Of a stretch of DNA of 64,000 bases, positions 40,757 through 51,039 are shown in pieces. The DNA comes from Alphaproteobacteria bacterium (GTDB lineage: Bacteria > Pseudomonadota > Alphaproteobacteria > MPNO01): contig CBDFLJ010000001.1 in the NCBI GenBank assembly GCA_965248835.1, positions 64,001 through 128,000 of the forward strand, written 5' to 3'. A program made the translations under genes and the position numbers. The stretch's first letter is position 1. Every line of letters starts with the position of its first letter. The notes beneath the pieces are model-generated. The model searched no databases. It was not told where the DNA came from and saw only the letters and a list, made by a program, of their open reading frames with translations.

Positions 40757-40833
40757 CACACACCGATTGATCCCCATGCCGCCAAGGGTCTAGTCTCGCC
40801 CCGACGACAAGCCGGCAAACGCAGGAGATGACG

Positions 40834-41208
40834 ATGTCACTGGTGGCACTGGCAACGAAGGGCAACTACTTCCACGTCTACGACTTCAGGGTGAAGCCGG
40901 GGCGCGGCGACGAGTTCATCGAGAAGTTCGACACGTTCGACTATTCCGATGACAACCCGATGCACAAATCGTCGGCGCAGGTCAAGGACGGCGTGCTGTG
41001 CCGCGACACCGAGGACCCCGACCATTTCTACCTGATCGGCGAATGGTCCGATATCGAGATCCACGCCAGGATCCGCCAGGAACTGGCCGGGATGGGGCTG
41101 GACTTCGTCACCCTGATCGAGGACCTCGACAAGGGTGCGTTCGTGCCGACCTATGCCGAGATCGTCTCGAGCACGCCGCAGAGCGTCCTGGACGCCGCCG
41201 CGCAGTAG
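40834..41208 (+). CDS. antibiotic biosynthesis monooxygenase (ABM)-fold protein
   Basis: FRVKPGRGDEF...RDTEDPDHFYLIGEWSD; AGGAG RBS. Confidence 0.75.
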   Translation: MSLVALATKGNYFHVYDFRVKPGRGDEFIEKFDTFDYSDDNPMHKSSAQVKDGVLCRDTEDPDHFYLIGEWSDIEIHARIRQELAGMGLDFVTLIEDLDKGAFVPTYAEIVSSTPQSVLDAAAQ

Positions 41209-41267
41209 AGACCCGAGCACCGGGCCGGCGGTCCCCCGTGCAGCGGCCCACAGTAAGGACGGCAGCC

Positions 41268-42701
41268 ATGGCCAGGTCACGCATCGACATCCCGCCGGCA
41301 CCGGAGCCGCGCGAGGACCGCAACTTCGTCCTCGACAAGGACCTGCGCGGCCATTTGGAAACCCACACCGACATCGTGACCGTGGTGCGAAAGCCGGTCA
41401 GCATCGCGCATATCGGCGCGCTGTCGGCGAAGTCGGAACGGCCGATCCTGTTCGAGAACATCATCGAGAAGCCGGGCTTCCGGGTGCTCGACATCATGCT
41501 CAAGCACCGCCCCCTCCAGGCGCGCGCGCTGGGGGTGGCGGAAAAGGACTATCTGAAGACCCTGGCCTTCCGGCTGCGCCAGCCGCCCAGGCCGCACACC
41601 TATGTCGATACCGGGCCGGTCAAGGAGGTCATCCTGACCGGCGCCGACATCGACCTCCGCGCCCTGCCGATCGCGCAACATTCGACCGCCGCCCCGGGAC
41701 CGCAAATCGGCTGCATGAACATCCTCAAAGACCCCGAGACCGGGTTCTACAACGCGATGCACGCGCTGACGACACCGACCGGGCCGGACACCGCCGTCAG
41801 TCTGTTCATCACCCCGCACAGCACGCAGATCATCCGCAAATACATCGATATGGGCCTGGCGGAGATGCCGATCGCGTATGTCATCGGCACCCCGCCAGCC
41901 TACGAGATCATGACGAATTTTTCCGGTCTGCACATGGATTCCTGGGGCGAGGTGGACATGTTCGGCACCATCATGGACCAGGATATCGAGATGGTGCGGG
42001 CGGAGACCGTGGACCTCTACGTCCCCGCCAACGCGGAGATCGTCATCGAGGGCATCGTCAAGGTCAAAAACATGGTCGATGCCGACGGCGGGCCGAACCC
42101 GCTGATGTATTCGATCCCGCGGATGATCCCGCAGCCGGTGGTCAACATCACCGCGATCACCATGCGGGCCGACAGGCCGATCTACCGCAACTTCCAGACC
42201 ACGCCGGAGACCGACCACCAGGTGATCCCGCGGCTGTGCCACGAGGCGGTGCTCTACAACCGGCTGACCGAGATGGGGGTCCGGGTCAAGGACGTGCGGT
42301 TCCCGACCTGGGGCGGGGCGATGTCCTGCATCCTGCAGACCGAGGGCATCGCGCGCGAGGGGCTGATGACCGATGCGCTGCTCATGATGATGAGCTGCCC
42401 GTGGAACAACGCCAAGCTGTCGGTGGCGATCTCCGAGGATACCGACATCGACGACCCGGGCGCGGTCTATCACGCGATGGCCACGCGCTGCGATCCGGAG
42501 CTCGATGCCGTGCGCATCAAGCGCTCGCGCGGCTCGGCATGGGACCCCTCGGCGCGCCCGATCGCGGGCGAGGTGATCCACCGAGTGGTCGGAAAGCTCG
42601 GCCTGGATGCGACCATCAAGGACCGCCACGATCCCACCGACTTCGAATACGCCTGGCCGATCGGCTGGGACGATGTCCGGCTCGAAGACGTCATCGATTG
42701 A
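41268..42701 (+). CDS. UbiD family protein with atypical active site
   Basis: PILFENI, GPVKEVI..DIDLRALP, KDPETG, VPANAEIVIEG, ITAIT.R, EDTDIDD..V..AMATR, KLGLDAT. Confidence 0.88.
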   Translation: MARSRIDIPPAPEPREDRNFVLDKDLRGHLETHTDIVTVVRKPVSIAHIGALSAKSERPILFENIIEKPGFRVLDIMLKHRPLQARALGVAEKDYLKTLAFRLRQPPRPHTYVDTGPVKEVILTGADIDLRALPIAQHSTAAPGPQIGCMNILKDPETGFYNAMHALTTPTGPDTAVSLFITPHSTQIIRKYIDMGLAEMPIAYVIGTPPAYEIMTNFSGLHMDSWGEVDMFGTIMDQDIEMVRAETVDLYVPANAEIVIEGIVKVKNMVDADGGPNPLMYSIPRMIPQPVVNITAITMRADRPIYRNFQTTPETDHQVIPRLCHEAVLYNRLTEMGVRVKDVRFPTWGGAMSCILQTEGIAREGLMTDALLMMMSCPWNNAKLSVAISEDTDIDDPGAVYHAMATRCDPELDAVRIKRSRGSAWDPSARPIAGEVIHRVVGKLGLDATIKDRHDPTDFEYAWPIGWDDVRLEDVID

Positions 42702-42710
42702 GGCCCTGCC

Positions 42711-43208
42711 ATGCCGATCGGACGGCTCGCGGCGCTCCTGATCGCCTGTTTTCTTCCGGCCGGCGCCGGCGCCGATGAGGTCGGCTCGGTCGATACCGCC
42801 TTCAAGCTGCTCGGCGCCAACCACAAGATCGTCGTCGAGGCCTTCGACGATCCCAAGGTCGAGGGCGTGACCTGTTTCGTGTCGATGGCGCGAAAGGGCG
42901 GGATCTCGGGCAGCCTGGGCCTTGCCGAGGACACCTCCGATGCCTCGATCGCCTGCCGCCAGGTCGGGCCGATCCAGTTTGCCGCCCCGATCAGCGGCGC
43001 GCCCGGGGGCGAGCGCGTCTTCAAGGCCCGGCGGTCGGCGCTGTTCAAGCGGCTTCAGGTGATGCGGTTCCTCGACCATCGGCGCAACGCGCTGGTTTAT
43101 CTGGTGTTCAGCGACAAGTTGATCGACGGCTCGCCCAAGAACGCGGTCTCCGCGGTGGCCTTGATGCCGTGGGGCGACCAGCCGCCGGGCAAGCCGATCC
43201 TGCGCTAA
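42711..43208 (+). CDS. creA: CreA family protein
   Basis: [47 protein letters not shown]. Confidence 0.92.
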   Translation: MPIGRLAALLIACFLPAGAGADEVGSVDTAFKLLGANHKIVVEAFDDPKVEGVTCFVSMARKGGISGSLGLAEDTSDASIACRQVGPIQFAAPISGAPGGERVFKARRSALFKRLQVMRFLDHRRNALVYLVFSDKLIDGSPKNAVSAVALMPWGDQPPGKPILR

Positions 43209-43251
43209 GCCGGCTGCCCCCCTGACGGCAGCGGGCGGGCTCGGCTATTTT
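43208..43251 (+). terminator. possible intrinsic terminator after creA
   Basis: gctgcc-N8-ggcagc stem inside agccg...cggct, followed by atttt. Confidence 0.35.
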
Positions 43252-43304
43252 GCGCGCGGACTGTGAATTGGGAGAGGCGGGGTGCAACCGACCCGCGGAT
43301 CGAC

Positions 43305-45638
43305 ATGACGGCGAGGGTTCTCGGCCAGCCGGTCCCGCGCCTCGAAGACCCGGCGCTGCTGCGCGGCCGGGCGTGCTTCGTCGACGATCTGCATTTCTCC
43401 GACCTGCTGCACGGCTCGTTCGTGCGCAGCGGCGAGGCCCACGCGCGCCTGCGCGGGATCGACGCCGCCGAGGCGCTGGCCGCGCCGGGCGTCCAGGCGG
43501 TGCTGACGCTGGACGACATACGGCCGCACGTGACCAACGTGCGGATGCCGCTGGGCCAGCCCTCGGCCGCGATCCGCCATGCGCTCGACCCACCGATTCT
43601 GGCGGACGGCGAGGTCCGCTATGTCGGCGAGCCGGTGGCGCTAGTGATCGCCGATCACCCCTATCGCGCCGAGGACGCCGCGGGGTTGGTGGCGATCGAC
43701 TACGGCACCCTGCCGGCGGCGATCGATTGCCGCGATGCGCTCGCCCCCGGCGCGGCGCCGGCCCATGCGGGGCTGGCCGACAATCTCGTCGCTCGGCTCG
43801 ACATCGGCTACGGCGACTGCGAGGCGGCGTTCGCGCAGGCCGCCCATGTCGTCGGTGCGGCGATGCACCAGAACAAGGGGCTCGGCCACGCCATCGAATG
43901 CCGCGGCGTTCTGGCCCGGCCCGATCCGAATGACGGCAGGCTCACCGTCTGGTCCGGCACCCAGATGCCCCATCGCGGCCACGCGGTGCTGTGCGACTTG
44001 CTGGGCTGCGCAGAGGATGCGCTGCGGGTTGTCGCGCCCGACGTCGGCGGCGGGTTCGGGCCCAAGTTCGTCTTCTATGCCGAAGAGGCCGCGGTGGCGG
44101 TCGCCGCGCGGATTACCGCACGGCCGGTCAAGTGGATCGAGGATCGGCGCGAGCACTTCATCGCGACCACCCAGGAGCGGGACCAGTTCTGGGACATGGA
44201 GATGGCGCTGGATGCCGACGGACGAATGCTGGCGGTGCGCGGCAGCCTGATCCACGACCACGGCGCCTATACGCCCTACGGGGTGAACCTGCCCCACAAC
44301 GGGGCGACCAACCTGCTGGGCCCCTATGTGCTGCCCAACTTCTCGCTTCAGGTCTCGATCGCCGCCACCAACAAGGTGCCGGTCACCCCGGTGCGCGGCG
44401 CCGGGCGGCCGCAGGGCACGTTCGTCATGGAGCGGCTGCTCGACCGCGCCGCGGCCAGGCTCTGCATCGACCGGGCCGAAATCCGCCGGCGCAACCTGAT
44501 CCAGCCCGCCTCCATGCCCTATCCGATCCCGGTCAAGAACCGCGACGGCAAGTTCATGACCTATGACAGCGGCGATTATCCGGCCGCGCTTGCCATGGCG
44601 CTGGAAGCGGCCGGCTATGACGGCTTCGCCGCCCGCCAGGAAGCAGCCCGTGCAGACGGCAGGTTCATCGGCATCGGCATCGCCAACTATGTCGAGGGCA
44701 CCGGCCGCGGCCCGTTCGAGTCCGCCCGGGTCAAGATCGGCCCGTCCGGCCGCATCAGCGTTGCCACCGGCGCGACCAGCCAGGGCCAGGGGCTCAAGAC
44801 CGCGCTCGCCCAGGTCTGCGCCGAGGCGCTGGGCGTCGATGTCGCCGACGTCGGGGTCACCGCGGGCGATACCGATGCGGTGACCTTGGGGCTTGGCGCC
44901 TTCGCCAGCCGTCAGGCGGTCACCGCCGGATCCTCGGTCCACCTCGCGAGCATGGAACTGCGCGAAAAAGCGCTCACCGTCGCGGCTCAGGTCCTGGAGG
45001 CCGCGCGCGAGGACCTCGAAATCGTCGCCGGGCGGGTCAGGGTGTGCGGCGTGCCCGATCTGTCGATCAGCCTGGGCGAGATCTCCCGTGGGCTTGCCGG
45101 CCAGCCGGGCTTCGCCCTGCCGGGCGGGGTGGGGCCGGGGATGGAGGCGCTTGCGAGCTTCGAGCCGGAGACGGTCACCTTCTGCAACGGCTGCCACGTC
45201 GCCGAGGTCGAAATCGACATCGACACCGGCGCCGTCACCGTCGCGGCGTATACCGTGATCCACGATTGCGGCCGGATGATCAACCCGATGGTGGTCGAAG
45301 GCCAGATCGTCGGCGGGGCGGTCCACGGGCTGGGCAGCGCGCTGTTCGAGCGCATGGTCTTTGACCAAACGGGTCAGCCGCAGACCACCAATCTGGGCGA
45401 GTACGTGATGCCGAGCGCGCCCGAATGCCCGCGGCTGTGCATCGCGCACATGGAATCGCCGAGCCCGCTCAACCCACTGGGCGTCAAGGGCGCGGGCGAA
45501 GGCGGGGTGATCCCGGTGCCGGCCGCCATCGCCGCCGCGATCGAGGACGCGCTGGCGCCCTACGGCGTTGCCATCAACGACGTGCCCATGACGCCCGAAA
45601 GGCTGGTCCGACTGATCCGAAGCGCGCAGGACGCCTGA
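43305..45638 (+). CDS. xanthine dehydrogenase family molybdopterin subunit (CoxL form II-like, not a form I CODH)
   Basis: DVGGGFGPK, WIEDRREH, PVRGAGRPQ, YDSGDY, GAFASR, GQIVGG, GVKGAGEGG. Confidence 0.92.
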   Translation: MTARVLGQPVPRLEDPALLRGRACFVDDLHFSDLLHGSFVRSGEAHARLRGIDAAEALAAPGVQAVLTLDDIRPHVTNVRMPLGQPSAAIRHALDPPILADGEVRYVGEPVALVIADHPYRAEDAAGLVAIDYGTLPAAIDCRDALAPGAAPAHAGLADNLVARLDIGYGDCEAAFAQAAHVVGAAMHQNKGLGHAIECRGVLARPDPNDGRLTVWSGTQMPHRGHAVLCDLLGCAEDALRVVAPDVGGGFGPKFVFYAEEAAVAVAARITARPVKWIEDRREHFIATTQERDQFWDMEMALDADGRMLAVRGSLIHDHGAYTPYGVNLPHNGATNLLGPYVLPNFSLQVSIAATNKVPVTPVRGAGRPQGTFVMERLLDRAAARLCIDRAEIRRRNLIQPASMPYPIPVKNRDGKFMTYDSGDYPAALAMALEAAGYDGFAARQEAARADGRFIGIGIANYVEGTGRGPFESARVKIGPSGRISVATGATSQGQGLKTALAQVCAEALGVDVADVGVTAGDTDAVTLGLGAFASRQAVTAGSSVHLASMELREKALTVAAQVLEAAREDLEIVAGRVRVCGVPDLSISLGEISRGLAGQPGFALPGGVGPGMEALASFEPETVTFCNGCHVAEVEIDIDTGAVTVAAYTVIHDCGRMINPMVVEGQIVGGAVHGLGSALFERMVFDQTGQPQTTNLGEYVMPSAPECPRLCIAHMESPSPLNPLGVKGAGEGGVIPVPAAIAAAIEDALAPYGVAINDVPMTPERLVRLIRSAQDA

Positions 45639-45691
45639 TGGCGGTCGCGATCACCGCCGGTCCCGGTGCAAGGGCGGTGATGGGACGGCGC

Positions 45692-45718
45692 CCGGACGGG
45701 CGGCGCGCGCCTGTCCGG
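45692..45718. terminator. GC-rich hairpin between convergent genes
   Basis: ccggacgggcg-gcgcg-cgcctgtccgg; no U-tract. Confidence 0.4.
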
Positions 45719-45726
45719 ACCGCGCC

Positions 45727-46710
45727 CTAGATGTTCACCGTCGGCATCTGGCCCTTCGGATAGCGGTCGCCGGCGGTGAAGTCAGGCGGCGCGGCGGCAT
45801 CCAACGCGGCGATCTCGCCTTGCGTCAGGCCGATCTCGGCCGCGGCGATGTTGTCGACCAGATGTTCGCGCCGTTTGGTTCCGGGGATCGGCACGACGGT
45901 GTCGGACTTGGCCATGGTCCAGGCGAGCGCGAGCTGCGCCGGGCTGCAGCCCTTGGCCGACGCGATTTCCTCGACCGGGTCCAACAGGGCGGTGTTGTGG
46001 GCGATGTTCTCGGCGGTGAAGCGTGGGTGGTCGCGCCGCCGGTCGCTCTCGCCCAGGTCACCGAGCGCGCGCACCGCGCCGGTCAGGAAACCGCGGCCGA
46101 GCGGCGCGTAGGCCACGAAGGTCGTGCCAAGTGCGGCACATGTCGGCAGCAGATCGTCCTCGGCAAACCGCGTCCACAGGGAGTATTCGGTCTGCAGGGC
46201 AGAGATCGGATGGACCGCGTGCGCCCGCCGCAGCGTTCCCGCGGCGGCCTCCGACAGGCCGAGCGCCCTCGCCTTGCCCTGTTCGACCAGACGCGCCATC
46301 GCGCCCACGGTGTCCTCGATCGGCACGTCGGGATCGACCCGGTGCTGGTAGTAGAGGTCGATGGTCTCCACCCCCAGCCGCTTGAGGCTCGCCTCGCAAG
46401 CCGCGATGACATAGTCCGGGCGGCCGTCGGCGCCGGGCTTGCCGTCGGGCTTGCGCACGTTGCCGAACTTGGTTGCCAACACCACCTTGTCGCGCCGGCC
46501 GGCGACGGCCCGGCCGACCAGCTCTTCGTTGCTGCCGTTGCCGTAGGCATCGGACGTATCGATGAAATCGAGTCCGGCGTCGACCGCCCGGTGGATGGTC
46601 GCGATCGACTCCGCGTCCTCGGCCGCGCCGTAGAGCCCGGTCATGGTCATGCATCCAAGCCCGATGGCGGAGATCTCGATCGACGAATTGCCCAGCCTGC
46701 GGTGTTTCAT
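45727..46710 (-). CDS. aldo/keto reductase
   Basis: [44 protein letters not shown]. Confidence 0.93.
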   Translation of the reverse strand: MKHRRLGNSSIEISAIGLGCMTMTGLYGAAEDAESIATIHRAVDAGLDFIDTSDAYGNGSNEELVGRAVAGRRDKVVLATKFGNVRKPDGKPGADGRPDYVIAACEASLKRLGVETIDLYYQHRVDPDVPIEDTVGAMARLVEQGKARALGLSEAAAGTLRRAHAVHPISALQTEYSLWTRFAEDDLLPTCAALGTTFVAYAPLGRGFLTGAVRALGDLGESDRRRDHPRFTAENIAHNTALLDPVEEIASAKGCSPAQLALAWTMAKSDTVVPIPGTKRREHLVDNIAAAEIGLTQGEIAALDAAAPPDFTAGDRYPKGQMPTVNI

Positions 46711-46877
46711 GTTTCCCGATCCTCGTCGTTCAGCCCGCCCGACCTCGCCCGGAGTCTGGCACGCCACACCGCGCCGGCCAAATCGGCCGCTGCGGTGTGG
46801 CGCGATAGCCGGTTGTGTTAGCGACACCATGGCGTCACTTTATACACACGGAAATCAAAGACGGGAGGGTGGGAGAC

Positions 46878-47963
46878 ATGAGACCCCTGCACGAATTCTG
46901 GCTTGGCACGGCCGCGATGGCCGCCGGTGCCGTCATTGCCGCCGGCGCGGCGGCGGCGGCGCCCAAGACAATCGCCATCACTGCGGTCGACGGCTACCCG
47001 CCAAAGGCGCTGCAGGTGCGGACCTTCATCAACTATTTCATCCCGGAGGCCGACAAGCGCCTGGCGAAGTCCGGCAAATACAAGATCCGCTGGAACCAGG
47101 CCTTCGCCGGCCAGATCGTCAAGGTGCGCAACGTCATCACCGGCATGCAGAAGGGGCTGGGCGACATCGGCGTCGTGACCAGCGTGTTCCACCAGGACAA
47201 GGTGCCGATGCAGGCCGTCGCCTATGTGACGCCGTTCGTGACCGCCGACCCGGTGCTTCTGTCGCGCACCGTCGACGCGCTCGCCGAGAAGTTCCCGGCG
47301 ATGAAGGACGCCTGGAAGAAATACAACCAGGTGCTCCTGACCAGCTTCTCGGTGATCGACGGCTACCAGATGTTTTTCAGGAAGAAAGTCACCAGCCTGG
47401 ATGACTTCAAGGGCCTGAAGATCGCCGGCGCCGGCATCAACATGCGCTACCTGACCGGCACCGGCGCGACACCGGTGATCGGATCGATGGTCCACTACTA
47501 CAACAAGTTCAAGACCGGGGCGATCGACGGCTCGATGCTGTGGACCGACGCAGCCGTTGCCTTCAAGCTGGTCGACGGCGGCGCGAAGTTCATGTTCAAG
47601 GCCGACATCGGCACCGCCAATTCCAAGGCGCTGACGATGAACGCCGATTCCTACAAGCGGCTGCCGGCGGAAGTCCGCGCCGTGATCCATGAAGTGGCCC
47701 GCGACTACCGCGACCACACCGCGCAAGCGGCGATCGACGACGCCGGCAAGGCGTTCGACAACTTCAGGAAGCGGGGCGGCCAGATCTTCCAGATGTCCGG
47801 CGAAGCCCGTGCGCGCTGGGCCAAAACCATGCCGAATATCGCCAAGCAATGGGCCAGCGGCCTCGACAAGCAGGGCCTCCCCGGCACCAAGCTGCTGAGC
47901 GCCTATATGGACAGGATGCGGGCGGCAAACCAGCCGATCATGCGGCAGTGGGACAAGGAGTAG
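46878..47963 (+). CDS. TRAP transporter substrate-binding protein (DctP-like)
   Basis: signal peptide, SLDDFKGLKI, KTGAIDG, YKRLPAEV; precedes small and large permeases. Confidence 0.88.
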   Translation: MRPLHEFWLGTAAMAAGAVIAAGAAAAAPKTIAITAVDGYPPKALQVRTFINYFIPEADKRLAKSGKYKIRWNQAFAGQIVKVRNVITGMQKGLGDIGVVTSVFHQDKVPMQAVAYVTPFVTADPVLLSRTVDALAEKFPAMKDAWKKYNQVLLTSFSVIDGYQMFFRKKVTSLDDFKGLKIAGAGINMRYLTGTGATPVIGSMVHYYNKFKTGAIDGSMLWTDAAVAFKLVDGGAKFMFKADIGTANSKALTMNADSYKRLPAEVRAVIHEVARDYRDHTAQAAIDDAGKAFDNFRKRGGQIFQMSGEARARWAKTMPNIAKQWASGLDKQGLPGTKLLSAYMDRMRAANQPIMRQWDKE

Positions 47964-47969
47964 CCGCGT

Positions 47970-48518
47970 TTGCCCGATAACCGGCCCGTAGGCGGGACGG
48001 GGTTGCAAGAAGCCGCCCCGCTCCGCTTTTTCGGGCGAATCGTCGGCGGCATGAACGCGGCGGGATCCTGCTGGATCGTGGTCCTCATGCTGCTGATCAA
48101 CACCGAGGCGATCGGACGGTCGGCGTTCAACCAGCCGATCATCGGCGTCATCGAGATGATCGAGATCTCGATCGTCGGGATCGTGTTCATGCAGCTCGCC
48201 GACTCGTTGCGCCGCGGCGTGCTGACCCGCTCCGACGGGCTGTTCAACCAGGTCATGGCGCGCCGGCGCAAGGCCGGTCACGTCATGGGCGCCCTCACCA
48301 TGCTGCTGGGCGCGGTCTTCATGTGCCTGATCCTCTGGGGGATGGTGCCGTTCCTGATCGATGCCTGGCGGAACGACCACTATATCGGCGTCGAGGGCAT
48401 GTTCACCGCACCGGTCTGGCCGGTCGCCCTGATCATCGTCGTCGCCATCGCGGTGACGATGATCCAGTTCCTGATAAACCTCGCCGGGTACATCCGGCCG
48501 CTCGCACCGCACCGCTAG
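47970..48518 (+). CDS. TRAP transporter small permease (DctQ-like)
   Basis: 4 TM helices, GRSAFNQPI.GVIE. Confidence 0.85.
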   Translation: MPDNRPVGGTGLQEAAPLRFFGRIVGGMNAAGSCWIVVLMLLINTEAIGRSAFNQPIIGVIEMIEISIVGIVFMQLADSLRRGVLTRSDGLFNQVMARRRKAGHVMGALTMLLGAVFMCLILWGMVPFLIDAWRNDHYIGVEGMFTAPVWPVALIIVVAIAVTMIQFLINLAGYIRPLAPHR

Positions 48519-48532
48519 GGCGCGTAACGATC

Positions 48533-49852
48533 GTGGTCGGTGTCGAGATCGGAATCGTATCGGTCTTCCTGATCCTGTTGCTGATCTATGGCGGCATCCA
48601 TGTCGCGGTGGCGCTCGGGCTGGTCTCGTTCGTCGGCGTCTGGGTCTATCGCGGCTCGATCGATATCGCGATCAGCCTGCTGGCCGAAGCGACCCATGAC
48701 ACCATCGCCCACGAGGTGTTTGCCAACGTGCCGCTGTTCGCGTTGATGGGCATCGTCGCCAGCGAGATCGGGCTCGGCGCGGACGTCTACCGGATCGCCG
48801 ACCGGGTCTTTCACCGCATCCGCGGCGGGCTGGGCATGGCGACCGTGGCGGCCAACGCCCTGTTCGCTTCGATCACCGGGTCCTCGATCGCCTCGGCCTC
48901 GGTGTTCACCCGGATCGCGGTGCCCGAGATGCTGGCCTACGGCTACACCCGCCCGTTCTCGGTCGGGGTGGTGGCCGGCAGCTCGGTGCTGGGCATGCTG
49001 ATCCCGCCGTCGGCGATGTTGATCATCTATGCGATCGTCGCCGAGCAATCGGTCGGCGAGATGTTCATCGCCGGCTTCATCCCGGGTATCGTGCTGGCGA
49101 TCGCCTACGTGCTCGGCATCCTGGCGATGTCCTATCTCGCGCCCCGCTTCATCGGCGGGTCGATGGACCGGCCGGCTGGCGAGGCGCTACCGGATCTGGG
49201 CGCCTGGGAGGTCGTGAAGCTTCTCACCCCGGTCGCGTTCCTGGTGATCGTCGTGCTCGGCGGCATCTATTCGGGCTGGTTCTCGCCGGAAGAGGCCGGT
49301 GCCGCGGGTTCGGCCGGGGCGCTTGCGATCGGCGTCCTGAAGCGCCGGCTGACCTGGCAGGGGCTGTGGCGCGTCCTGGTTGAGACCGGCCACATCACGG
49401 CGGCCATTCTGTTCCTGATCATCTCCGCGTCGATGTACAGCCGGATGCTGGGCGTCGCCGCCCTGCCGACCCTGTTCAGCGAATGGCTGACCGGCATGGA
49501 CCTGGGGCTGAACGGCATGATGGCGATCTACGTCGTGCTGATGGTGCTCCTCGGCACGATCATCGAGACCGCATCGATCATCCTGATCGTGGTGCCGCTG
49601 TTCCTGAGCTCGGTCGAGGCGCTGGGGGGCAACATCGTCTGGTTCGGCATCGTCACCGTGATCGGCGCGGAGATCGGCCTGCTCACCCCGCCGCTCGGGA
49701 TTTCGTGCTTCACCATCAAGAGCACGATCCGCGACCCGTCGATCACACTGTCGCACATCTTCATGGGCGCCTTCCCGTTCGCCTGCATCATGCTGGTCGT
49801 GCTGATCGCGGTGATCGCCTTCCCCTGGCTCAGCCTGGCGTTGCTGATCTAG
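48533..49852 (+). CDS. TRAP transporter large permease (DctM-like)
   Basis: VPLFALMG, GGLGMATV, TGSSIA, LGMLIPPS, EIGLLTPPLG. Confidence 0.92.
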   Translation: MVGVEIGIVSVFLILLLIYGGIHVAVALGLVSFVGVWVYRGSIDIAISLLAEATHDTIAHEVFANVPLFALMGIVASEIGLGADVYRIADRVFHRIRGGLGMATVAANALFASITGSSIASASVFTRIAVPEMLAYGYTRPFSVGVVAGSSVLGMLIPPSAMLIIYAIVAEQSVGEMFIAGFIPGIVLAIAYVLGILAMSYLAPRFIGGSMDRPAGEALPDLGAWEVVKLLTPVAFLVIVVLGGIYSGWFSPEEAGAAGSAGALAIGVLKRRLTWQGLWRVLVETGHITAAILFLIISASMYSRMLGVAALPTLFSEWLTGMDLGLNGMMAIYVVLMVLLGTIIETASIILIVVPLFLSSVEALGGNIVWFGIVTVIGAEIGLLTPPLGISCFTIKSTIRDPSITLSHIFMGAFPFACIMLVVLIAVIAFPWLSLALLI

Positions 49853-49938
49853 CAGGATGTGGCGCTTGCGGCCCGTGACCTTCTTGCCCGCGTCATAGCC
49901 CTGCGGGTCGAACGAGGCCCCCCTTTTTGTGCCGCCAA
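49853..49938 (-). pseudogene. IS5 family (IS1031-type) transposase remnant
   Basis: minus strand reads AAAAAGGGGG then ASFDPQGYDAGKKVTGRKRHIL, the GYDAGKKxxGRKRH motif. Confidence 0.75.
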
Positions 49939-49972
49939 AGCGCCCCGGCTGGCCGCCCGTATTGCGCGGCTA

Positions 49973-51039
49973 GAGCACTTCAAGTTTACTTGGCCCCATA
50001 GCCGGCGTTGAGGAAGAAGTTTCGGCATTCGGTTGGATCGAACAGGTCGATTGCTTCGGCGATGGCTTGCCAGAGCGCCTCCTTGGATCGGGCGGCGGCC
50101 TTTCGGAGCAGCGCCTTGAGCTTGGCAAAGGCCTGTTCGATGGGGTTGAGCTCGGGTGAGTAGGCCGGCAGATAGAGCAGGAACGCGCCGCGCGCCTTGA
50201 TGGCCTGACGCACGCCCGCGACCTTGTGGGCCGACAGGTTGTCCATGACGACGACATCACCTGGCCGCAGGCAAGGCGCCAGGATCTGTTCGACGTAGGT
50301 TCTGAAGGCGTCGCCGTCCATGGCGCCGTCGAGCACCATGGGAGCGTGCAAGCCATCCAGGCGCAGCCCGGCGACGAAGGTGGTGGTCTTCCAGTGGCCC
50401 CAGGGCAGGGCGGCGTTCAGGCGTTGGCCGCGGGGACAGCGCCCGCGCAGCCGGGCCATGTTGGTCTTGGCTCCGGTCTCATCCACGAACACCAGCCGCT
50501 CCGGTCTCAGCCAGTGCTGCCAGCGGCGCCAGTGGCGGCGCTTAACGGCAATGTCGGGACGGTGATCATCCTCGATGGTCCGCGGCCGCCCCCTGTTCGA
50601 AGTTTTTTTAAAGCTGTAGTCCTCAGCGCCCTGAGCTGAGTGTCTCATTGATCGCCTGCAACGAGATCGCGACCGCCTTCTCGGCGGCCAGCCGGCCTTG
50701 CAGCTCCGCCAGCGTGATGTCCGGCTGCTCCCGCATGACCGCATGCAGCCAGTCCTCATGACCGGCAAGCTTGCGCTTGCGTCCGTCGCCCGGCTTGACC
50801 GGGGCGTAATCCCCGCTCCGCCGCCAACGCCGCACCAGCTTGATCACGCTCGACGCACTGACATCGAAACGCTCCGCCGTTGCCCGACACGATGCGCCGC
50901 TCGCCACCGCAGCCAACATCCGCCGACGCAGATCCAAGGAATGAGCATGGCCCATAGCGTGTTGCCACGGTCGCTAACCACAACATCTTGTGAAACTCCG
51001 AACCACAAACCTACGATTCCGCGCAAGCTTGAACCGCTC
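49973..51039 (-). mobile_element. IS630 family element with a damaged two-part transposase (50955-50623 and about 50620-49986)
   Basis: TA at 49971-72 and 51040-41; ends GAGCACTTCAAGTT / GAGCGGTTCAAGCT; motifs FVDET, MDNLSAHK, YLPAYSPELNPIE; several indels at 50560-50640. Confidence 0.9.

Noticed and set aside
43305-45638. Aerobic CO dehydrogenase call for either Mo subunit
   Set aside because: Neither has the AYxCSFR Cu-binding loop, and no cox accessory genes are present.
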